64,000 bases of DNA, from the IMG/VR virus record IMGVR_UViG_3300032247_001693, positions 23,996 to 87,995 of that record; one strand, written 5' to 3'. The translations under genes were made by a program, and so were the position numbers. The notes below the pieces were generated by a model that made no database searches, was not told the origin of the DNA, and was given only the letters and a program-made list of their open reading frames with translations. Positions 16,134-22,446 of this stretch are shown here, piece after piece. Source of the stretch: a virus (lineage: Duplodnaviria > Caudoviricetes). Every line of letters starts with the position of its first letter. The stretch's first letter is position 1.

Positions 16134-16187
16134 GCATATTTTCCAGAATTTTCGGAATATAATTTCATGCCAAACATAATTTTTCTT

Positions 16188-16222
16188 TGGCATGTTATTT
16201 GCTCTTTGCAAAAGTTGTGCCA
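16188..16222. promoter_or_regulatory. head-to-head pair of sigma54 -24/-12-like sites
   Basis: +TGGCATGTTATTTGCT, 3-bp gap, -TGGCACAACTTTTGCA. Confidence 0.65.
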
Positions 16223-16247
16223 AACTCAAAAAAATATGGATTCGACG

Positions 16248-16325
16248 TAAGTGCTTGAAGAATAAGGACTTAGAGATAGCCGGGGCGGGCCGATTCGACG
16301 TAAGTCCTTTGGTGGTAAGGGTTTA
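16248..16325. repeat. 78-bp element, copy 15
   Basis: taagtgctt-gaagaat-aaggactta N28 taagtcctt-tggtggt-aagggttta. Confidence 0.9.
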
Positions 16326-16426
16326 CGTCAAGTGGCCTTTTCGCATCCCTCGTCCGTGGGGGTAGTTCCACCATAAGGCAGATCTTCCCCCCGGCTGGGG
16401 AGTGTACGTTTGGTTACCCCCCAAAA

Positions 16427-16657
16427 TCAGTAGTAGATAAAATCGTTGACGATATTTCCTGCAATGTCAACCCCGATGAATTCATCCTCATCATCGCATG
16501 GGAAAAAATTCCTGATTTCCATTCCACTACCAAAAGCTTCAACCAAAAGAGCCCCACCAATACGGGCGATTCCCACCAGAGTATCGGGAGAGGAAGAATC
16601 TTCCCCATAGAGCAATTCATTCAGTTCGGCACGGGTGTTGATGGTGATCATTTTCAT
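16427..16657 (-). CDS. hypothetical protein, paralog of 18292-18519
   Basis: MITINxRxELNExLYG....DTLVGxARxGG.LL.EA...DxxIYY shared. Confidence 0.75.
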   Translation of the reverse strand: MKMITINTRAELNELLYGEDSSSPDTLVGIARIGGALLVEAFGSGMEIRNFFPCDDEDEFIGVDIAGNIVNDFIYY

Positions 16658-16694
16658 TTTTCCTTTTTCTACTGGTCTTTTCTCTTGTGTTTCA

Positions 16695-16723
16695 ATTATA
16701 CAGAGTATATCGTCCCCTGTCAA
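16695..16723 (-). promoter_or_regulatory. sigma70-type promoter with internal GACGATA
   Basis: TTGACA-N17-TATAAT. Confidence 0.75.
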
Positions 16724-16923
16724 GCCCCCACCTTAGAAAAATATCGGACAAATTCCAGCCGAATATCTTCACGATTGAAAGGGAATTTTCCGTTGTAGGT
16801 ATCGTTCCACATCTTCTCTACCATTGGCATAGCATCCATCCAAGTTTCGGCTGTTACGAATCCGAAACTCCACTCGCCACGGGAGGTTGCGACCAAAATC
16901 TCAAATTGAATTTCATTTTTCAT
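16720..16923 (-). CDS. hypothetical protein
   Basis: ORF; start refined. Confidence 0.65.
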   Translation of the reverse strand: MKNEIQFEILVATSRGEWSFGFVTAETWMDAMPMVEKMWNDTYNGKFPFNREDIRLEFVRYFSKVGA

Positions 16924-16962
16924 TTTCATTTCCTTCTCTTGTGTTTTCCCTGTCATGCTTTC

Positions 16963-16990
16963 ATTATACAGAGTATATCGGCAGTGTCAA
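16963..16990 (-). promoter_or_regulatory. sigma70-type promoter with internal GCCGATA
   Basis: TTGACA-N16-TATAAT. Confidence 0.7.
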
Positions 16991-17045
16991 GAAAATTCTG
17001 GAATATTTTTGAAATATAATTTCGTGCCAAATAAAATTTTTCTTG

Positions 17046-17080
17046 TGGTATGATATTTGCTAGTAGCGAATGCTGTGCCA
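17046..17080. promoter_or_regulatory. head-to-head pair of sigma54-like sites
   Basis: +TGGTATGATATTTGCT, 3-bp gap, -TGGCACAGCATTCGCT. Confidence 0.6.
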
Positions 17081-17140
17081 AAGTTTCCTTACAATTTCGT
17101 AAGGTTGGCGCAACCCCATCAGTTTAGCTAATACTAGACG

Positions 17141-17218
17141 TAAGCTCTTGAGAAATAAGGACTTAGGTCGAGCCGGGGCGCCCCGTTTTGACGCAAGTCC
17201 TTTGGTGGCAAGACTTTA
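17141..17218. repeat. 78-bp element, copy 16
   Basis: taagctctt-gagaaat-aaggactta N28 caagtcctt-tggtggc-aagacttta. Confidence 0.9.
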
Positions 17219-17296
17219 CGTCGAATGGGTTTTGAGTAGTGAACAACCATACAGACCACCCCCCAAATAGGGTAGTGTACAGATGATCACCCCGCC

Positions 17297-17530
17297 TTAG
17301 ATATACTTCTTGACTCCCCACTTGTAAGCAGTGATACGCTTACCCTCAATTCTCACCTTCCCAGTCTTCTTACTAGTGATCCTCAATTCTGCCTTGCTAC
17401 CATCAGCACAATCAGCACAACGGTAGTAGACATCAAATCGATCATCCTTGCTCCAATTGATCACGATCATGCTGACATCCTCATTACGCAGGATGAAATT
17501 TGTGGTAGTACGATTGATGCTGCTATTCAT
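17297..17530 (-). CDS. hypothetical protein
   Basis: ORF after promoter at 17567-17595. Confidence 0.65.
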   Translation of the reverse strand: MNSSINRTTTNFILRNEDVSMIVINWSKDDRFDVYYRCADCADGSKAELRITSKKTGKVRIEGKRITAYKWGVKKYI

Positions 17531-17652
17531 GGGATCGAATCCTAGTAGGTTAATGGGTCTCTCACCATTCTACATTCATTATCGTCTATCGTCAAGCCTC
17601 CCCAATAAAAATTCTTCAAATATAATCTTGTGCCAAAAAACCTTTTTCTATT

Positions 17653-17687
17653 TGGTATACCATTTGCTCTATGCAAGTATCGTGCCA
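17653..17687. promoter_or_regulatory. head-to-head pair of sigma54-like sites
   Basis: +TGGTATACCATTTGCT, 3-bp gap, -TGGCACGATACTTGCA (full consensus). Confidence 0.65.
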
Positions 17688-17712
17688 AACCGTGAAAAAT
17701 TTTCATTTGACG

Positions 17713-17790
17713 TAAGTGTTTGATACATAAGGACTTAGAGCTATCCGGGGCCGCCCGATTTGACGTAAGTCCTTTATTCATAAGGGTTTA
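17713..17790. repeat. 78-bp element, copy 17
   Basis: taagtgttt-gatacat-aaggactta N28 taagtcctt-tattcat-aagggttta. Confidence 0.9.
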
Positions 17791-17882
17791 CGTCAAGCCT
17801 GTGTTCACTACTGTACATACCAACACATACGCCCCCCATTAGGGGAGTGTACGCTTGGCTACCCTGCCATGTGGGGGTTGTG

Positions 17883-18092
17883 TCAGCCCCCCTCATCTTC
17901 GGGCGACCAGTCTACATCGTCAGGATCAACACCATCAAAAGCGTCAAGATCATAAACGTCCCCATCCTCAAAATTCTCAATATCCTCATCACCATCCTCA
18001 AACACCACATCACAATGTTCCCAGCAGCAGGGACACAACTCAAGATCGGCCACATCTATCACCACCTCTACACCACAGCATTCGCTCTTCAT
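17883..18092 (-). CDS. small acidic protein with N-terminal Cys cluster
   Basis: SECCG...CPCCWEHC then D/E-rich tail; AAGGA RBS. Confidence 0.7.
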   Translation of the reverse strand: MKSECCGVEVVIDVADLELCPCCWEHCDVVFEDGDEDIENFEDGDVYDLDAFDGVDPDDVDWSPEDEGG

Positions 18093-18291
18093 TGTCTTAT
18101 TCCTTTTCCTGAGCCTGCAATTCGATAACCAATTTCCAGCACACATCAAACGTCACATGACGGGCCACTACCTTGCCACCGTACCACACTTCATATCGGT
18201 CGCCCGTGCGATTTGAAGTATTCCAGTAGATCATTTTTTTGCTCATTGAATTATTGTAGGGAAATTTTCTAGCCCTGTCAACCCCCCAAAA

Positions 18292-18519
18292 TCAGTAGTA
18301 GATGCAATCGTCAACCACGATTCCGTTCGCGTCAACTTCAATCCATTCACCTTCATCTCCCATTGGGAAGAAACCAGTGATCTGGCGGAAATCAGTTTCC
18401 AAAGCTTCGGAGAGCAATTCTCCACCAAAACGGGCGACACCAACCAAAGTGTCATAATGTTCGGTAGTCCCACCATAAAGGATTTCGTTCAGTTCGGTGC
18501 GATTGTTGATGGTGATCAT
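18292..18519 (-). CDS. hypothetical protein, paralog of 16427-16657
   Basis: Start refined; shared sequence. Confidence 0.75.
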   Translation of the reverse strand: MITINNRTELNEILYGGTTEHYDTLVGVARFGGELLSEALETDFRQITGFFPMGDEGEWIEVDANGIVVDDCIYY

Positions 18520-18562
18520 TTTCGTTGTCCTTTTTTCTATCGTTCTCTTCTCTTCTTCTACC

Positions 18563-18602
18563 ATTATACAGACTCTATCGACGCTTGCAAGCAAAATCTT
18601 GA
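18563..18602 (-). promoter_or_regulatory. overlapping sigma70 and sigma28-like promoter
   Basis: TTGCAA-N16-TATAAT; TCAAG-N15-GTCGATA. Confidence 0.65.
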
Positions 18603-18655
18603 AAATTTTCAAAATATAATTTCGTACCAAATAAAAAAATTTTTTTCTATCCGAA

Positions 18656-18724
18656 TGGCACACAATTTGCTCTATGCAAAAGTTATGCCAAACAAAATTA
18701 TTCCGTTTTGGCACAAAATTTGCT
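18656..18724. promoter_or_regulatory. three sigma54-like sites (head-to-head pair plus one)
   Basis: +TGGCACACAATTTGCT, -TGGCATAACTTTTGCA, +TGGCACAAAATTTGCT. Confidence 0.65.
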
Positions 18725-18743
18725 AGCGCGGATCGATTTGACG

Positions 18744-18821
18744 TAAAGTGTTGATATATAAGGACTTAGAACGAGCGGGGGCGTCCGGATTTGACGTAAG
18801 TCCTTTAGATATAAGGGTTTA
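18744..18821. repeat. 78-bp element, copy 18
   Basis: taaagtgtt-gatatat-aaggactta N28 taagtcctt-tagatat-aagggttta. Confidence 0.9.
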
Positions 18822-18959
18822 GGTCAAGTCCCCACCTAAAGGGGGGTTTTTTCATTCTAGATAAGCTGGGCAATTTAGGCAGGAAAAACGCCGGGTGGTC
18901 TACACATAACAAGCCCATCCCCTATAAATTAGCCAGTTTAATAGCCACTTTCTTTAAAT

Positions 18960-18995
18960 AAAAAAAGGCAAGGCTCCTCCTAAGAACCCTGCCTC
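18960..18995 (-). terminator. intrinsic terminator after the DUF1559 operon
   Basis: AGGCAGG...CCTTGCCT hairpin followed by a T-tract on the minus strand. Confidence 0.65.
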
Positions 18996-19021
18996 TTTTA
19001 AAACAGTACAATCTATTAACT

Positions 19022-19345
19022 TTAGTGTCCAAAAACTCCGTATCCATTAGCAACTGGATATAGTCCGCTAGGAAAAAAGGTCCACACTCCATTTATAATT
19101 AGCCAATTTCCCCCAACCTCTTGTTTTTGAACCAAAACCGGAACCATGTTAACTACTGGTGTTACCACCGGCACATAATTAACATAGTAACTTTGAACTG
19201 GAACTAGAACAACGGGAGATGATGCTACCATAGGAACCCACGGAACAACCACAGGAGTTTGTTGATATTGATGTTTTAACCAACATGGTCCCGCCCCCAT
19301 AGAAGTTATTAATATTAATCCAACACATAGAGTTTTCAGTATCAT
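19022..19345 (-). CDS. putative secreted Pro/Val-rich protein
   Basis: Signal-peptide-like N-terminus. Confidence 0.6.
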   Translation of the reverse strand: MILKTLCVGLILITSMGAGPCWLKHQYQQTPVVVPWVPMVASSPVVLVPVQSYYVNYVPVVTPVVNMVPVLVQKQEVGGNWLIINGVWTFFPSGLYPVANGYGVFGH

Positions 19346-19356
19346 AAAAGCCCCCT

Positions 19357-20466
19357 TTAATCTCCAATTCCTGCATCATAGACCTGACCATCGGCCGGGT
19401 TAACTAGATAAGGAACAATATTAGCACTAATGCCCACACTAACAGACTGAACACTACCATCTAACATTCCCATTAAACAAACCCCCGGATGTTCAGTATA
19501 GGGCTCATCATTACTACCAACATTATTAGTTGTCATAGCATATGAAGTCGCCCCAATAGTCTGAGGATTCTTAGTCTGATTATTAATCATCTGCAAAGTT
19601 CTAGAAGAAGCTGTTTCTTCAGCAGGATGACCACTCCAACCAGACGCATTATCTCCATCCGCCCAACGAGCAGGACAAGTTCCCGCTGCTGATCCACCCT
19701 GAGCGGCCGGATGAGTAGTTAGTGATCCATCGGTCCAATTAGAGTCCGCTGTTACTTGAACCATCTTACCACCCCTTAGTTTATACCAATCAGTATTTCC
19801 CGTTAGAGTAGGACTTCTTTTCCCACCATAATAAGAAACCCGGCTAGTATCTTCTGTAAAAACCGCCGTTTTACTTAAACCGTCCCTAATATTAGCTACT
19901 CTCTTAATAATATAACCACTTAAAGCCCCCTCAGCATAACTATTAGCAACAGATGCACCCGCCGCTAATGTTGCAGCATTTCGTTGACCATTAACTGGAT
20001 TAATATCAGTATAAGCAAATGGCATATAATCACTAATACCAAAAGCGGCCGAACCACTTCCCCCAACATCAGTATTGGCTAAACTACTAGCGCACCTAAA
20101 CAATGGAATATTATTCATTGCTAAAGTAGCATTATTAGTTGACCAATAAGGTTGATCATTATTCCATGCTGATGCTATATTATTATTTTCCGTAAAAGGC
20201 AATATAGCCTGAAACAGAGATTGTAAACAAAGAGCCTCCCTTCCACTAGCGAAATTCTTAAACTCCCCGCTATTAGGATAGTATCTATTAGCACTCTCAA
20301 AATTAGCAATACCAAGCGAAATTTGCTTAATATTATTTCCACAACTCATTCTCTGAGCAGCACCCCGCGCCGCTTGAACTGCTGGTAGTAACAAACCTAC
20401 CAAAGTCCCGATAATAGCAATAACCACCAACAACTCTACTAGAGTAAAACCTTTTCTTTGCTGCAT
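19357..20466 (-). CDS. DUF1559 prepilin-type N-terminal cleavage/methylation protein (Planctomycetota-type)
   Basis: RKG|[36 protein letters not shown]; C-terminal H-X9-DG ([12 protein letters not shown]). Confidence 0.92.
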   Translation of the reverse strand: MQQRKGFTLVELLVVIAIIGTLVGLLLPAVQAARGAAQRMSCGNNIKQISLGIANFESANRYYPNSGEFKNFASGREALCLQSLFQAILPFTENNNIASAWNNDQPYWSTNNATLAMNNIPLFRCASSLANTDVGGSGSAAFGISDYMPFAYTDINPVNGQRNAATLAAGASVANSYAEGALSGYIIKRVANIRDGLSKTAVFTEDTSRVSYYGGKRSPTLTGNTDWYKLRGGKMVQVTADSNWTDGSLTTHPAAQGGSAAGTCPARWADGDNASGWSGHPAEETASSRTLQMINNQTKNPQTIGATSYAMTTNNVGSNDEPYTEHPGVCLMGMLDGSVQSVSVGISANIVPYLVNPADGQVYDAGIGD

Positions 20467-20507
20467 AAAATCTCCTTATATAAATTAAAAAGTAAAATTA
20501 AAAACAA

Positions 20508-20765
20508 TTATAGACCACTTTCCGACACAACCGACGAACTAACATTATCACTACCAACCTCACTAGGAGCAAGAACTTTCTTAACTGGTCGCCCCCTTGG
20601 TTTACTTAACAACAACTTTCTTCGTTGTCTTCGTACCATAGCGGTACTAATCTTTTGACCACTAATTTGGCTTAATTTAACGGCCAATTCCTCATCAGGA
20701 ATCGAAACATGATTATTTCTAATATATTCTATCTCATTTTGAGACCATTTTTTGTAAACTGACAT
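20508..20765 (-). CDS. putative DNA-binding protein (HTH/Myb-like plus AT-hook)
   Basis: KWS..E..YIR.N, KPRGRP. Confidence 0.55.
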   Translation of the reverse strand: MSVYKKWSQNEIEYIRNNHVSIPDEELAVKLSQISGQKISTAMVRRQRRKLLLSKPRGRPVKKVLAPSEVGSDNVSSSVVSESGL

Positions 20766-20792
20766 TTAATTCTCCTTTTGGTGTTATAAATA

Positions 20793-20821
20793 TTGACAAG
20801 TTATGTCCCAACTCATATTAT
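20793..20821 (+). promoter_or_regulatory. sigma70-type promoter for the sigma-factor operon
   Basis: TTGACA-N17-TATTAT. Confidence 0.65.
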
Positions 20822-20856
20822 ATTATTAGTTGGCAACTTTTTCGCAAGGAGAGAAA

Positions 20857-21018
20857 ATGTTAAAAGGTACAAATTTCAACATAGTTGGTTCAGTTTTGAG
20901 CGTTAAAGCCTCTGGTTCGGCCGATTACGACCAAAGGATAAAAGAAGAACTAAATTTACCAATAGGAAAAAGCATAGCGCAATTATTAGATGAAGAAAAA
21001 ACCCAAAACAGAAAATGA
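20857..21018 (+). CDS. small hypothetical protein
   Basis: AAGGAG RBS before ATG 20857. Confidence 0.55.
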   Translation: MLKGTNFNIVGSVLSVKASGSADYDQRIKEELNLPIGKSIAQLLDEEKTQNRK

Positions 21019-21658
21019 TAATATATCTTTGCCTAATGGGGTAACCCAAGAACAATTTTTAGAAGTATTAGATAATATAAGCAAAAGATTAGGACACAAG
21101 TTCAAATTTGCTTATCACGACTTTTCCGACATGAAACAACAAGCGGCCATTTTTGCCCTAGAGGGTTTACAAAATTATGATAATAGTCGCCCCCTAGAAA
21201 ACTTCTTATGGACCCACGTTAGAAATCGCCTCTTTAATTACAAACGTAACAATTATCAAAGGCCCGACAAACCCTGCTTAACTTGTCCCCTCTTTGATAA
21301 AAACTATAAACTTTCTAAAAACCAGTGTTCAAAATATATTGATAAAGAAGAATGCGAACTATATATTTCATGGTTTAAAAGAAATGAAAATAAAAAGAAT
21401 ATTATTCAGCCCTCATCTATGGAAGCCGATACCCACACCAACAAAAAGAAAGATGTCGTTTCTTTACTCCAAGACAAAGAGATTATAGATTTTCTTGATG
21501 GTAATATAAAATCGGAATTTAGAGAGTCTTATTTAAAATTAAAGCACGGACTCAAAATCCCCAAACAACAGTTATTAAAACTTAAAGCCCACATCTTATT
21601 AATAATGGAGGAGTCCCAATGGAACCAGTTAAAATTCCACGAAAACGAGGACAACTAA
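20990..21658 (+). CDS. phage RNA polymerase sigma factor-like protein
   Basis: Region-2-like D.KQQA.IFALEGL..YD...LE.FLW.HVRNRL.N; Cys-rich insert. Confidence 0.7.
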   Translation: MKKKPKTENDNISLPNGVTQEQFLEVLDNISKRLGHKFKFAYHDFSDMKQQAAIFALEGLQNYDNSRPLENFLWTHVRNRLFNYKRNNYQRPDKPCLTCPLFDKNYKLSKNQCSKYIDKEECELYISWFKRNENKKNIIQPSSMEADTHTNKKKDVVSLLQDKEIIDFLDGNIKSEFRESYLKLKHGLKIPKQQLLKLKAHILLIMEESQWNQLKFHENEDN

Positions 21659-22446
21659 GTTTAGAAGAAGAAAAATATATTACGGACAATTTTGGCGCCC
21701 TAGCAATAGAACAAATAGCCAACAACCTTAACCGTAATCCTGCACCAATCCAAAGATTTATTACCGAAAACCGTTTATATAATAATGAAGAAAAAGATGG
21801 CGACGAATTTTTAAGACAAAAACTATATAGTAAAACGTTTTGGAGCGAGGTACGTAGACAATTTGATGTTGATTCGGGCGAACTCCAATATTTCGAGGAT
21901 ACGTGGATTGGTCTTATTAAACAATTCCGCGAGGATGTTTTGCCCGCCGAAGAACTCCAAATCAAACAATTTATCACCATAGATATTCTTATTAATAGGA
22001 GTATGAAGGAAAGAAAGCGCCATATTAGTGAAACTGAAAAACTACAAAAAGTTGTTGACAAAGAATATGATAAGCCCGAAGATCAAAGAGATGTTGCTCG
22101 CTTAATGAACTTAGAACAACAGTTAAGTTTTGCACGAAATAGTATTGCTAATTATACCAACGAATATACCAAACTGCTAAATGAACAACAAAAAATTAGC
22201 AAAGACTTAAAGGCTACCAGAGAACAAAGAATCAAAAGAATAGAAGATGGCAAAAGCTCTTGGGTTGGCCTTATTCGGATGTTAGAGGACGAGACAATAA
22301 GAGAGCGAGAAGGCAAAGAGATGGAAATTATCAATATGGCAACTGGTAAATTCCGAAAACAACTTCAAGAATATCATTCTTATCAGGATAATACTATAGA
22401 CATCCCCTTTTTAACCCCGGACACAATAGAGGAAAGAAATGACTAA
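21619..22446 (+). CDS. hypothetical protein, possible terminase small subunit
   Basis: Helical/coiled-coil; position upstream of TerL. Confidence 0.4.
   Translation: MEPVKIPRKRGQLSLEEEKYITDNFGALAIEQIANNLNRNPAPIQRFITENRLYNNEEKDGDEFLRQKLYSKTFWSEVRRQFDVDSGELQYFEDTWIGLIKQFREDVLPAEELQIKQFITIDILINRSMKERKRHISETEKLQKVVDKEYDKPEDQRDVARLMNLEQQLSFARNSIANYTNEYTKLLNEQQKISKDLKATREQRIKRIEDGKSSWVGLIRMLEDETIREREGKEMEIINMATGKFRKQLQEYHSYQDNTIDIPFLTPDTIEERND

Noticed and set aside
544-18726. Plus-strand ORFs in the early region (for example 544-1059, 5823-6191, 7989-8432, 8615-9013, 12505-12741, 14418-14756, 15760-16179)
   Set aside because: Antisense shadows of minus-strand genes, tRNAs or repeats; no RBS or promoter support; low-complexity translations.
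1131-18821. 78-bp repeats as a CRISPR array
   Set aside because: Intervals are 0.36-2.1 kb and contain genes with promoters; repeats are too long and divergent; no cas genes in the window.
1131-18821. 78-bp repeats as canonical integron attC sites
   Set aside because: No RYYYAAC/GTTRRRY ends, length is invariant, cassettes carry promoters, and no intI is in the window. Only the architectural analogy is kept.
1131-18821. 78-bp repeats as simple intrinsic terminators or MITE/IS ends
   Set aside because: No consistent U-tract on the transcribed strand, no target-site duplications or transposase seen, and invariant spacing is not expected of terminators. A secondary terminator role is not excluded.
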